A stretch of DNA of 64,000 nt from a virus: the IMG/VR virus record IMGVR_UViG_3300021185_003351, positions 108,974 to 172,973 of that record. One strand, given 5' to 3'. The notes under the pieces are model-generated. The model made no database searches. It was given only the letters and a program-made list of their open reading frames with translations, and was not told the origin of the DNA. Both the position numbers and the translations under genes were made by a program. Positions 48,979-58,676 of the stretch are shown piece by piece. Numbering within the stretch: the first letter of the stretch is position 1; each line of letters starts with the position of its first letter.

Positions 48979-49269
48979 ATGATAAAAAAAGAATGGTTTT
49001 GGATGTCGACCTATAAAAGACAAAAAGAAGATCATTGCCATTATTCGGGACTACCATCCCCAATGGCATATAAAAATAAACAAGATAAAATAACAATTAT
49101 GAAAAAATCAATTTTAAAATGGTACCCAATTGGTATCGCTTTTATTTGCCTACTATATTCAGTAGGATTAGGATTATATGGTAACACAGCTGAAGCTATG
49201 TACTCAGCACATTGGCCAGGAACAATATTATTATTTAGCATAGCAATTAATCAAATTAAAAGACAATGA
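48979..49269 (+). CDS. Small membrane protein
   Basis: HCHYSGLPSP motif, then two TM helices. Confidence 0.55.
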   Translation: MIKKEWFWMSTYKRQKEDHCHYSGLPSPMAYKNKQDKITIMKKSILKWYPIGIAFICLLYSVGLGLYGNTAEAMYSAHWPGTILLFSIAINQIKRQ

Positions 49270-49517
49270 GTATAGTGTTTTTCGGAGTTGGTTTTTTATT
49301 GTTTTCAGTTTATTTAATATTTCTTATTTGGAATATAATACATAATGGAAATAAACAACAAGAAGAAAATTACCCAACATTACAGGATAGTGTAATAGAC
49401 ATGGATGGTATAGGCAATCAAGGGCGTATACCTACTCACACAACAATTAGAACTAAAAAAAGAAAAACTAAATCTTATGGTAACAAAGAGAGAACAAAAG
49501 GATGGAAGAGTAATTAA
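49266..49517 (+). CDS. Small membrane protein
   Basis: N-terminal TM helix. Confidence 0.55.
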   Translation: MSIVFFGVGFLLFSVYLIFLIWNIIHNGNKQQEENYPTLQDSVIDMDGIGNQGRIPTHTTIRTKKRKTKSYGNKERTKGWKSN

Positions 49518-50019
49518 TCTTCCAGTATATGTTAGTAATCATATAACAGACGAAATGATTAGATTGTTTCTAGAAACCGGAAAGGCAATGTCGGTAAATG
49601 CCGGAAGAATATCAGAGCAAGTAGTACTACCGTATTTAGAAACTCATTTTAAATGTAAAGGAGAAGTAGTTGATGCAGATGGATATGATCATTTATTTGT
49701 TAATGGTATTAAAAATGAACATAAAAAATTAGTTATAACTGGCACTAAGACAACAGCTATGGCAAAGAGATTAGGAAAGAATAAAGAAGGAAAGTGTGAC
49801 ACTATCTCATTTCATCATCCAGCACAGAATGCTATATATGTTATAAATGCAGAAACGTTTTATAAACATGTATCATTGAATCGTGATAAATATTGTAATA
49901 CATATGACGTAATGTTTTATCGTGATATGCAATTAGAAGGCAAAGGTAAACGAAAAGAAAGTTATACAAGAAATAATACAGAAATGTTATTGAAGTATGC
50001 AACTAAATTAGAATTATAA
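49477..50019 (+). CDS. Hypothetical protein, possible PD-(D/E)XK nuclease
   Basis: SEQVV...DADGYD...NEHK arrangement. Confidence 0.45.
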   Translation: MVTKREQKDGRVINLPVYVSNHITDEMIRLFLETGKAMSVNAGRISEQVVLPYLETHFKCKGEVVDADGYDHLFVNGIKNEHKKLVITGTKTTAMAKRLGKNKEGKCDTISFHHPAQNAIYVINAETFYKHVSLNRDKYCNTYDVMFYRDMQLEGKGKRKESYTRNNTEMLLKYATKLEL

Positions 50020-50021
50020 TT

Positions 50022-50183
50022 ATGGAAGAACCATCACTTTTAGCTTATATATTAGTATTAACATTAGTAGGAATAGTATGCAGCGGAGTATTATTAATAA
50101 TGTTTCTAATGTCAGAGTATCTTAGTAAACTTATAAGGAACAGAAAAAAGCGTAAAACGGTTTGGAAATTTCCAAAAGAATAA
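50022..50183 (+). CDS. Small TM protein (53 aa), not in the ORF track
   Basis: MEEPSLLAYILVLTLVG..., basic tail. Confidence 0.5.
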   Translation: MEEPSLLAYILVLTLVGIVCSGVLLIMFLMSEYLSKLIRNRKKRKTVWKFPKE

Positions 50184-50190
50184 TTATAAT
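50162..50190 (+). promoter_or_regulatory. Class M promoter TTGGAA-N17-TATAAT
   Basis: Motif match. Confidence 0.65.
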
Positions 50191-50198
50191 ATATATAT

Positions 50199-50456
50199 AT
50201 GGAAACAGAACAAATAGAAGTTAATGAATTGATAGCCAGGAGAGTACCTCCGGGAGATAACTGGATATTAGTAGCAGATGAAACCGATACAGTACATCCA
50301 ACATTGACTGATACATTAGAAGTTTGGTTTAGTATGTCCGGTGAAAAAGTAGAATTTAGACTAGCTCCATTAGATAGTAAATTATATGCTATTAGATACG
50401 AGCAAAAGCAAATAGAACAACCTAAACCTAAAAAGTTTAATTTATATGGGGAATAA
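50199..50456 (+). CDS. Hypothetical protein
   Basis: Follows a promoter; LIARRVPPGDNW. Confidence 0.65.
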   Translation: METEQIEVNELIARRVPPGDNWILVADETDTVHPTLTDTLEVWFSMSGEKVEFRLAPLDSKLYAIRYEQKQIEQPKPKKFNLYGE

Positions 50457-50640
50457 AATACGTAATAAATTACATCAGTATTTAAGAAAACAACGCCATG
50501 AAGCATATATACTAAATAGAATAGTAGAGTTAAGAAATCAAATATGTCGACAAGCTTGTATGTATGGCACAGTCGACGAAATAACTAGAACAGTGTATTT
50601 AAAATATAATAAGCGTTTAAGTGAATTACAAAATAAATAA
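50446..50640 (+). CDS. Hypothetical protein
   Basis: Overlapping small ORF. Confidence 0.5.
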   Translation: MGNKIRNKLHQYLRKQRHEAYILNRIVELRNQICRQACMYGTVDEITRTVYLKYNKRLSELQNK

Positions 50641-50805
50641 TTATATGAAGAAATTAATAAAGATAGTAGGATTGGCATTAGCCGGATTGATGACATGGTT
50701 TTCTCCTGTACAGATGGCTAACTCCGGGATTTGTTGCGTAGCTTGTGCTATGAAAAAAGAAGAAGAAGTTAAAATTGAATACGTAAAAGAAGAGGATACA
50801 AAAGA

Positions 50806-51330
50806 ATGAAACAACTATTAACTGAAAAAGAAATAGACATACAAAGTAAAATTATAGCAAAACAAATTAATGATAAGCATAGAGACGACAAGACTCCAGT
50901 AGTATTTGTTGGATTACTTAATGGATGTTTTATGTTTTATTCTGATTTTATAAAAAATCTTTCAATTGATATAGAATGTGATTTTATGCGAGTAAAGTCT
51001 TATATATCAAAAAAGAAACAAGGAGATGTTCAAATAACTAAAGACTTAGAGACGGCGATCAAAGGCAAACATGTATATATTGTAGATGACATATATGATA
51101 CTGGTAATACTATTAATGCTGTTATCGATTATCTGAAAGTAAAAGACCCTTCAATGATATCAATAGTAACTTTATTGAAAAGAAAAAGTTCTCCGCCATT
51201 ACTAGTACCAAATTCATTTGTAGATAATCATTACAATGTTTTTGAAATTGATGAAGAGTGGGTAATAGGTTATGGATTAGACAATGATAACGGCCATTGT
51301 AGGAATTATAGGACTATATATGAAATTTAG
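50806..51330 (+). CDS. hpt: Hypoxanthine(-guanine) phosphoribosyltransferase
   Basis: VGLLNGCFMFYSD, VKSY, YIVDDIYDTGNT PRPP loop, WVIGYGLD. Confidence 0.93.
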   Translation: MKQLLTEKEIDIQSKIIAKQINDKHRDDKTPVVFVGLLNGCFMFYSDFIKNLSIDIECDFMRVKSYISKKKQGDVQITKDLETAIKGKHVYIVDDIYDTGNTINAVIDYLKVKDPSMISIVTLLKRKSSPPLLVPNSFVDNHYNVFEIDEEWVIGYGLDNDNGHCRNYRTIYEI

Positions 51331-51532
51331 ATCAGGAAAATATGCAGGATTAACTATAGATCATGTTAGAACAATAGCTCCATGGTACATAAAATGGGTT
51401 AAAGAGAATCGACCGGAAATGCTAAAAGAACATAAGTTTATCCCAAAAGCAAAAAAGACAAATAATACAGTACGATTTCAACCATTTGCTGGACTTAAAC
51501 CTTGTTATGATTTTGATACAACAAATAAATAA
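51284..51532 (+). CDS. Small protein with an F..GKY.G motif (start probably ~51320)
   Basis: MKFRSGKYAG...PWYIKWV. Confidence 0.55.
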   Translation: MITAIVGIIGLYMKFRSGKYAGLTIDHVRTIAPWYIKWVKENRPEMLKEHKFIPKAKKTNNTVRFQPFAGLKPCYDFDTTNK

Positions 51533-51534
51533 TT

Positions 51535-51813
51535 ATGAAATTAATAAATAAATGGAAACAAAAATTAGGATTAGACGATTGGTTTATAACAACTGAATCT
51601 ATCAGTGATAAACAAGTAACATATCCTAATGATTTAGATTTAAAAGAATTTATTGGTATCACTATTGATAGTGAAAATAAATTTGGAATAATAAATCATA
51701 CTAGACCATTAACACCTTTTGATGTGATACATGAACTATTACATGTTAAGTATCCTTCATGGACCGAAGAACAAGTAAACAATCAAACAAATATATATCT
51801 AAACAATGAATAA
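51535..51813 (+). CDS. Small HExxH protein
   Basis: VIHELLHVKYP. Confidence 0.6.
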   Translation: MKLINKWKQKLGLDDWFITTESISDKQVTYPNDLDLKEFIGITIDSENKFGIINHTRPLTPFDVIHELLHVKYPSWTEEQVNNQTNIYLNNE

Positions 51814-51958
51814 CGAACAAATACAAGAGTATGTTTATAAGAATTATAAATCATATAAAGGCAAGACATTAATTATTACAGAACACACAAATCATTTTTC
51901 TATTCGAAGACATAAAGATGAAGCACCATTAGTTCTAGGAAAAACGATATTGGAATAA
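51806..51958 (+). CDS. Small hypothetical protein (50 aa), not in the ORF track
   Basis: Fills the gap with overlaps at both ends. Confidence 0.5.
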   Translation: MNNEQIQEYVYKNYKSYKGKTLIITEHTNHFSIRRHKDEAPLVLGKTILE

Positions 51959-52308
51959 TGGAAACAAGTAAAATAGTAATTTTAATAACATTAAATGTTA
52001 TTCTTATGTTAGGTTGGACAATAGCACTAACTCAAAAACAATTAAAAAATGGTAAACATTTAATCAAAAAAGGCTGGATGAAAATACTAGTCAGAGAACG
52101 AAAACTAACACCTAAAGAACGTTTAGCAGCAAGAATAGGTTATTTAGGAGCAGGTTTATTAATAGCAGCTCAATGGACAGTAGCACCTCCTTTATATATA
52201 GCTGGTTTTATTTGTGTATTAATCCAAACTTCAGTTCGTAAACAATGGAACTTAGTTGCATTACAGGTAAATGGATTGATAGCTTGGATAATACATTTAT
52301 TAACATGA
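51958..52308 (+). CDS. Membrane protein
   Basis: Several TM helices. Confidence 0.6.
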   Translation: METSKIVILITLNVILMLGWTIALTQKQLKNGKHLIKKGWMKILVRERKLTPKERLAARIGYLGAGLLIAAQWTVAPPLYIAGFICVLIQTSVRKQWNLVALQVNGLIAWIIHLLT

Positions 52309-52419
52309 AAAAACAATATTATTGTGAAATGAAAAGTCCTATCTATAGACAAATTATAGCTGAAAAGTTAAAAATAGAAGGCAAAGAAATTAAAGGAAAT
52401 AAAAAAGGTAAAAGAAAAA

Positions 52420-52605
52420 ATGTCACTTTATAAATGTAATAACTGTGGATCTACAAAAGAAATAACAAAGCAAACCATTAAAATAATTAACGGTACAGCT
52501 GAAATAGTTGAGGCATTGTGTAACTGCGGACATTATATGAAAGACACAGTTGGATTTAAAGGTTATCCAAATTTAATAAGAACAGAACCGTCACTAAAAG
52601 GATAG
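52420..52605 (+). CDS. Zinc-ribbon protein
   Basis: CNNCG...CNCG. Confidence 0.55.
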   Translation: MSLYKCNNCGSTKEITKQTIKIINGTAEIVEALCNCGHYMKDTVGFKGYPNLIRTEPSLKG

Positions 52606-52607
52606 AT

Positions 52608-52790
52608 ATGATAGGAAAAAATAGTAAATTTAAAGTAGGAGATAAAGCATTTAAGCCTAAAGGATATAAATATCCATGCACAATTGTATCAGTATTTGAA
52701 ACAACATCAGGAGAAGTTCGTATAGTAGGCGAACTAGATGATTATAAAATGTTACATATATTTAATGAAACTCAATTAGAACATATATGA
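52608..52790 (+). CDS. Small SH3-like hypothetical protein
   Basis: KFKVGD...LHIFNETQLE. Confidence 0.55.
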   Translation: MIGKNSKFKVGDKAFKPKGYKYPCTIVSVFETTSGEVRIVGELDDYKMLHIFNETQLEHI

Positions 52791-53128
52791 AAAAATATTT
52801 TTATTTATTATTATATTATGTAGCTATCATATTAGGAGTTACTATTTTAACAGGTATATACACCACAGCTACAAGTCAAATGTCAATGTCGACAGAGCCT
52901 TCAATTGTTGATTTAAATATTAAACCACAAACTATTTATAATAAAGAAGTTAACATGAAAGCCATAACATTATTAACTGGTGCAACAATGACAACAATTG
53001 GAGTAGTAAATATATTGAATGGCAAAAGTTTTGATCATAAAAGTGTTAGAAACACCATTCCTTTGGATCCACATAGAGTACTAGTAGGAGTAGGATTAAC
53101 TACAATTTCAATAAGTATTTTTATATAG
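52787..53128 (+). CDS. Membrane/secreted hypothetical protein
   Basis: Hydrophobic N-terminus and two C-terminal hydrophobic segments. Confidence 0.55.
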   Translation: MKKYFYLLLYYVAIILGVTILTGIYTTATSQMSMSTEPSIVDLNIKPQTIYNKEVNMKAITLLTGATMTTIGVVNILNGKSFDHKSVRNTIPLDPHRVLVGVGLTTISISIFI

Positions 53129-53133
53129 TTTGG

Positions 53134-53162
53134 TTGGATCTTTGAAATCTATTTCTTATAAT
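53134..53162 (+). promoter_or_regulatory. Class M promoter TTGGAT-N17-TATAAT
   Basis: Motif match. Confidence 0.75.
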
Positions 53163-53182
53163 ATAGAAAATAAAAGGAATAT

Positions 53183-53515
53183 ATGAGTTATAAATTAGGA
53201 GATAAATGGTCAAGAACATTTGACTATGATGGTATGTTAGAAAAAGGCACTGACGCTAGCGTCGAATGGTCTATAGAAGACTTACAATTATTATTCAATT
53301 CATTTGAAGATGTAAATTATCATCGAGAAGCTGGACACTTATGGGCAGCAATACAAGAATTAAAAAAAGGTCATGTCACAGAAACAGCTAGATATGATAT
53401 AGATAAGTTTAATTCTGAATGCGAAAAGACATTGTCAGAACTTACACAACCAGAAACAAAATTTGACACTGATTGGGATGACGACGATTTTTCAGATATT
53501 GTAGCACCAGTTTAA
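53183..53515 (+). CDS. Acidic hypothetical protein
   Basis: FDYDGML, SFEDVNYH. Confidence 0.65.
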   Translation: MSYKLGDKWSRTFDYDGMLEKGTDASVEWSIEDLQLLFNSFEDVNYHREAGHLWAAIQELKKGHVTETARYDIDKFNSECEKTLSELTQPETKFDTDWDDDDFSDIVAPV

Positions 53516-53666
53516 AATAGAAACATGAGTTTAGATAGTTATTATGCCATGACGGCAGCAAGAAGAAACAATACTACCGTTGAATCCGAAATGGAGAAAA
53601 AGGGATATGTTAAAGATTATTACATTGGAGCTGGAGCTTGGCAATGGAAAAAAGTTTTAAAAACGG

Positions 53667-53695
53667 TTGGATAATTAAATTATAATTCTTATTAT
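53667..53695 (+). promoter_or_regulatory. Class M promoter TTGGAT-N17-TATTAT
   Basis: Motif match. Confidence 0.75.
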
Positions 53696-53714
53696 ATAGA
53701 AAAAAATAAGAGAT

Positions 53715-54122
53715 ATGACAGATGAAAAACAAATAGAATTAGCAAAAAGATATTTAAATGTTACATTCACCGAAGACTTTGACAATGCAGACATATATTG
53801 TTATACAGAATCAACCAGAGATGGATATGATGTATATGTTCTAACCCATGATCATACCGCTCCTAGTATTTGCGAAGACGTATTTTATTATGATTCAGAG
53901 TTAGCTAGCTCATTAATGGAAGAAATTGAATCATATGGAGGCTTTATTAAGGTACATATCGATAGCTACTTAGCAGATGATATATATCTAGATGATCAGT
54001 TCCTAGAATATTTTGTTGAGCACGCAGAAGAAATTATTAAAGATTTCGAAGATGAATTATCGGAAGAAGAAATACAAGAATTTAAAGTTGAAGATGGTTT
54101 AATTGAAGAGGATGAAGCTTAA
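53715..54122 (+). CDS. Very acidic hypothetical protein
   Basis: D/E-rich, 135 aa. Confidence 0.65.
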   Translation: MTDEKQIELAKRYLNVTFTEDFDNADIYCYTESTRDGYDVYVLTHDHTAPSICEDVFYYDSELASSLMEEIESYGGFIKVHIDSYLADDIYLDDQFLEYFVEHAEEIIKDFEDELSEEEIQEFKVEDGLIEEDEA

Positions 54123-54498
54123 GAAGTATAATATAGCTATAACTAAGCCATGGTCATCAGAGATGTATGCTCATAACGATGAAGTATTAAAAGAAGTTAT
54201 AGAAAAAGTTAAAGCAAAATGGCTACATGCTTATCACGATTCAGAAAATGAATATTATATAGGATCTTCGGATTCTGATAATGAATTTCAAGATGCTCCA
54301 TGGAACCATGAAGCAAATACAATAATGCAAAATATTCAAGAAGCAGTATTAGTAACTACATATGGTAGTGGATTCACAATGTATGATGTACATAACGATG
54401 TTCATCTAGAGTTAGAAGCTATATCTTATTGGAGAGCAAAAGAAGTAGCAGAAGATTTGTCATTGTTATTGAGTAAAGAATTTATTGGATTAGGATAA
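54103..54498 (+). CDS. Hypothetical protein
   Basis: 131 aa ORF. Confidence 0.55.
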   Translation: MKRMKLKKYNIAITKPWSSEMYAHNDEVLKEVIEKVKAKWLHAYHDSENEYYIGSSDSDNEFQDAPWNHEANTIMQNIQEAVLVTTYGSGFTMYDVHNDVHLELEAISYWRAKEVAEDLSLLLSKEFIGLG

Positions 54499-54689
54499 TG
54501 GCACGTAGTTGGAAGTTTAGAGAAATGGGTAGTAGAAATAAAAAAACTGGTAAGTTATCTTATTACGATGTGACAGTAACCGATCATCGAATATCCAATT
54601 GTAACTGCAAAGCAAAAGAATTCAAACCATATGCTCCATGTAAACATATGATCCGGTTAAAAGAAAAATTATCACATTATACTATTTAA
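54498..54689 (+). CDS. SWIM zinc-finger protein
   Basis: YDV...CNC...CKHM. Confidence 0.75.
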   Translation: MARSWKFREMGSRNKKTGKLSYYDVTVTDHRISNCNCKAKEFKPYAPCKHMIRLKEKLSHYTI

Positions 54690-54691
54690 AC

Positions 54692-55978
54692 ATGTTAGAA
54701 AAATTACAAAAGTTTGTAGATGAAATGAAATCTACTTCATCACTCAACGAAAAAAAAGTTATCATAGATTCAATAAAAAACAATGAGTTCATTACATCGG
54801 CACTAAATTATACATATGATCCTTATAAAAAGTATTATGTAACCAGTAAGTCATGTAAAAAGAATTCAGGTTTATTTAAATACAATATTTATAATGATTT
54901 ATTTAATTTATTAGATGATTTATCAAATCGTGTAATTACTGGACATGATTCAATTGCAGCAGTAAATGGGTTTGTAACAGCTAATACTAAATATAAAGAT
55001 CTAATTTTTTCTATTATAGATAGAAACTTAGAAATTAGAGCATCTGATTCAGTTATTAATAAAGTTATACCAAATTTAATTCCAACCTTTGATGTTGCAT
55101 TAGCAACTAAATATGAACCTAAATTTTGCGACTTTGAAAATGAAGTATGGTTAGGATCTAGAAAATTAGATGGAGTTAGATGTCTTATAAGGAAAGAAGG
55201 TAACAAGGTAACTGCATATTCTAGACAAGGCAATGAATTCACAACCATACAAAAAGTTTTAGATGAGGTAGCATTAATACCAGGAGATTTCGTATTAGAT
55301 GGAGAAATTTGTTTGATGGATAAAGATGGCAATGAAGATTTTCAAGGTATAATGAAACAAATAAAAAGAAAAGATCATACAATAGAAAATCCTAAATATG
55401 TTATATTTGATTATTTAACTTTAGAAGAATTTGCTAATAAAGAAGGAACAACAAAATTACAAGATAGATATACTAGTCTGCAAACATGTTTTAAAATTAG
55501 TGATTTAACTTTCACTAATATATTAAGTTTATTATCTCAAATACAAATAACGGGAATAGACCATTTATCAGAAATGATTGCAAATGCAGATGCTAATGGA
55601 TATGAAGGAATCATGTTAAGAAAAAATGCCGGGTATGAAGGTAAGAGATCAAAGAATTTATTAAAATGTAAAAAGTTTTTTGATGCTGAGTATGAAGTGT
55701 TAGACATTGAATTTGATAGTCATAGAGTCATTAGAGAAGGCAAAGAAATAGTAATACCAATGTTAGCTAATGTATGGATTGAACATAAAGGTTACAGGGT
55801 AGCAGTTGGATCAGGATGGAATCAAGAACAGAGGATACGATACCAAGCAAATCCAGAACAATTATTAGGTAAAACAATTACCGTTCAATATTTTGAAGAA
55901 ACAAAGAATCAAGAAGGTGGAATAAGTTTAAGATTCCCTACGGTAAAACATGTTTATGAAAATGGCAGAAATGTTTAA
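54692..55978 (+). CDS. lig: ATP-dependent DNA ligase
   Basis: KLDGVR (motif I), SRQG, LDGEI, FD, EGIMLR, LLKCK, VGSG, SLRFP. Confidence 0.95.
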   Translation: MLEKLQKFVDEMKSTSSLNEKKVIIDSIKNNEFITSALNYTYDPYKKYYVTSKSCKKNSGLFKYNIYNDLFNLLDDLSNRVITGHDSIAAVNGFVTANTKYKDLIFSIIDRNLEIRASDSVINKVIPNLIPTFDVALATKYEPKFCDFENEVWLGSRKLDGVRCLIRKEGNKVTAYSRQGNEFTTIQKVLDEVALIPGDFVLDGEICLMDKDGNEDFQGIMKQIKRKDHTIENPKYVIFDYLTLEEFANKEGTTKLQDRYTSLQTCFKISDLTFTNILSLLSQIQITGIDHLSEMIANADANGYEGIMLRKNAGYEGKRSKNLLKCKKFFDAEYEVLDIEFDSHRVIREGKEIVIPMLANVWIEHKGYRVAVGSGWNQEQRIRYQANPEQLLGKTITVQYFEETKNQEGGISLRFPTVKHVYENGRNV

Positions 55979-55984
55979 AAATTA

Positions 55985-56013
55985 TTGGATTATTTAAATT
56001 AATTACTTATTAT
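55985..56013 (+). promoter_or_regulatory. Class M promoter TTGGAT-N17-TATTAT
   Basis: Motif match. Confidence 0.75.
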
Positions 56014-56168
56014 ATAGAAAAGATATGAAGAAATATGAAACATATTGGGATAATTTTAATGTAGAATTATATGCATTAATAAAGCAAGTTAAAAAGAATA
56101 AAAACTTAAAGTGGAAATTGTAGTATTAATATTTATAATAGGACTAGGCCTGGTAGGTATATGGACTA

Positions 56169-56378
56169 TTGAAACACCAAATAACAATGAGTAAAGAAGA
56201 TGAATACCATTATGAAAATCAAGCAGAAACATTGGATAAATTTAGAAGAGTATTAATGAATGTATTTGACGGTGATGCAGATGCTATGTTAGGAAATTTA
56301 GAAAAGCGAATGGTAGAGAATGAAGATTATGAAACGGCAGCACAAATGCGAGATATAAGGAGTAGAATAAATGAATAA
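56169..56378 (+). CDS. Small protein with a UVR (UvrB/C) motif
   Basis: MVENEDYETAAQMRDI. Confidence 0.65.
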   Translation: MKHQITMSKEDEYHYENQAETLDKFRRVLMNVFDGDADAMLGNLEKRMVENEDYETAAQMRDIRSRINE

Positions 56379-56610
56379 AAAAAGAACTATGAACGAGTAT
56401 AGACAAACTAAGGAATATACTAGTAATCCATGGGCCTTGTATGGACTTCCTCAAATTGGATCAGAAGGCGAAGTAATTAATCATGATATACATAGTATTG
56501 CTCCATCAGAAACTAAAGACGATCAACTTTTATTTGAATTAAAACAACTAAGAAAACAATATCCAAATGATCAAGAATTTGGAAAGCGTGTAGCAATAAT
56601 TATAAGATGA
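56371..56610 (+). CDS. Hypothetical protein
   Basis: KRTMNEYRQTK, YPNDQEFGKRV. Confidence 0.6.
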   Translation: MNKKRTMNEYRQTKEYTSNPWALYGLPQIGSEGEVINHDIHSIAPSETKDDQLLFELKQLRKQYPNDQEFGKRVAIIIR

Positions 56611-56782
56611 ATTATTGGGTAATACATAGAGAACAAGCTATATCGGAATTTATTATAGAACATTACAATGATAAGCTAGTAGCAGAATCTAGGCAAAAGG
56701 ATCTTCGACAACGATATCATGATGTTTTGATAGTTGATCAGATGGATATTAATGAAATGTTTTTACAATCTAGGACAACTAA

Positions 56783-57064
56783 ATGAAAAGAAAAATGAGA
56801 ACATATAGAATAACCTCAACAATATTAATGGTAATATGCGTAGTATTATTAATTAAATCAAATTCACATAATATTGAGAAAGCAGATATAATTGATAAAT
56901 ATTTTGATTTACAATCTGAATATGATAAGATATATGATGATGTGCAGCAACTAGAAGTATATTCAGAAAGATTGGAAAATCAAATCGATATACTAAGCTC
57001 ATTTATTGCCGACTCAGAATATGAAATTGATACGGTGACGAACGGTAAAGAAGTAGTACGTTAG
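56783..57064 (+). CDS. TM-anchored coiled-coil protein
   Basis: N-terminal TM, heptads. Confidence 0.55.
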   Translation: MKRKMRTYRITSTILMVICVVLLIKSNSHNIEKADIIDKYFDLQSEYDKIYDDVQQLEVYSERLENQIDILSSFIADSEYEIDTVTNGKEVVR

Positions 57065-57451
57065 TACGCCCCGTCGCTCCCTTTCAGGAAGCTCGAGTCG
57101 TAAACGTGAAAAGGTTATGAAACTATATAAAATAACAGTGAATGGAGTATCCAATGAGACCCGTACGGGAATGGAATTGTATACAGCTATATTAGACAAG
57201 TTTCATGTTAAATACAAATTAGAAGTAATAGAAGAATGACAACAGTGACATTGGAATATTTAATGGAAGTGCATTATTGGGCATTGGCAGAACTATTTGT
57301 TTTTGCTTTTGCTATATATTTTGCTAAGTCATGGATAGACTATTGGTTTGCAAAACGATTAAAAAAATAATATGATAAGTGATATATCAATAATTGCAAT
57401 GCTAACGTTCGTTGTGATGTGTGCAGTAGTAACTATAATTAAAGATGAAGT

Positions 57452-57676
57452 ATGAGCAACAAGAAAAAAGACGAAGAAGAAGATTGGACAAAGGATAAGG
57501 ATGTGCAAGAGTTTTTGGAGTGGGCAGACAAACCAGGGCCATGGGATGAGCAGTATGATAAGTCTTATACAGTGGGAGGCTTATCAGCAGACAAAGACAA
57601 GGATTTCATGAAGTTTCAAAACAAAATAAAAAAGCGTGAAGACATGGAAGGTCCTAATGCCGGTAAGGGAATATGA
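57452..57676 (+). CDS. Hypothetical protein
   Basis: 74 aa charged ORF. Confidence 0.55.
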   Translation: MSNKKKDEEEDWTKDKDVQEFLEWADKPGPWDEQYDKSYTVGGLSADKDKDFMKFQNKIKKREDMEGPNAGKGI

Positions 57677-57899
57677 TAAAGTTAATAGCAGTGATAATAT
57701 TTTTTGGATTGGGTTACATAATTAGCTCGATAAATACAAGAATAAAATAAAGAAGTTGGAATGGACAAAGAAAAATTAGAACGAGAGATCATGAGGTTGA
57801 AGACAGAGATTGTGATGGATGGATATAATGGATGGAATACCAAAGAGATGCTTCAAGAGCGATTAAAAGAATTAGAAGAACAATTAAATAGTTTATAAT

Positions 57900-58124
57900 A
57901 TGAAACAATTGAGTTTTGATAGATTAGAGGATCATGAAGCGATAGCTAGTATAAGCTTTCGCAATGCATATGATTTACTTGTAGGTAATAAGACATTTGA
58001 TGAGTTGTCGCAACAAGACGAATTTTATTTGCCAAAGGATTGGGAAGATCCAGAAGTACTTCTACGGTACTATGAAGAAGAAGAAGATTATGAACGGTGT
58101 AATGAAATAATAAGTAAACAATGA
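57900..58124 (+). CDS. Small protein with a UVR-like motif
   Basis: YYEEEEDYERCNEI. Confidence 0.6.
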   Translation: MKQLSFDRLEDHEAIASISFRNAYDLLVGNKTFDELSQQDEFYLPKDWEDPEVLLRYYEEEEDYERCNEIISKQ

Positions 58125-58297
58125 GAAGTAAAGAAGAATTAATAATTGCGTGGATAGTATTAACAATGGTAGCAATACCAGTAGTAGTGTTATTCCCTGT
58201 AACTATATTACTAGGTATAATAGGTTACTGTCTATACATACTGTATAGCCATTATAGTAAGCCTTAGAGAGGGAGAAGAGGGAGAGGGCCGACGCCT

Positions 58298-58670
58298 TTA
58301 TTTTTAGAATATATTAATACCCTTTATCCACCCAATCAGGTGTCTATTACTTTTAGAATATATACAAACCACTTTGTAATTCAAAGTATTTTCCCTATAC
58401 ACTGATAGTATTTTTAGAATGGGATGTGTGTATTGTATATTTGAAGAATGGTAAAGCTCCCTTCCTGGCGTTCCAGTTTATTTTTAGTGCGAGTATGCTC
58501 TTTATTTTTAGATCCTATAGGGAGAAGGCCCGGGTTTATTTTTAGTGCAGTATATGTGCTTTTACTTTTAGATTATATCGAGTTACTTTTAGATTATATT
58601 TAGACACATATTTACTTTTAGTTCAGATCACTAGCTATACGGAGTAATACTTTTAGATTTATTTTTAGAA
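58298..58670 (+). repeat. About 12 direct copies of TTAYTTTTAG in non-coding DNA (iteron-like)
   Basis: Copies near 58298, 58347, 58408, 58478, 58502, 58536, 58562, 58583, 58594, 58612, 58647, 58659 (a few with one mismatch). Confidence 0.85.
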
Positions 58671-58676
58671 AAACGG

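Noticed and set aside
58298-58670. Repeat region as a CRISPR array
   Set aside because: The repeat is only ~10 bp and the spacers range from ~1 to 60 bp
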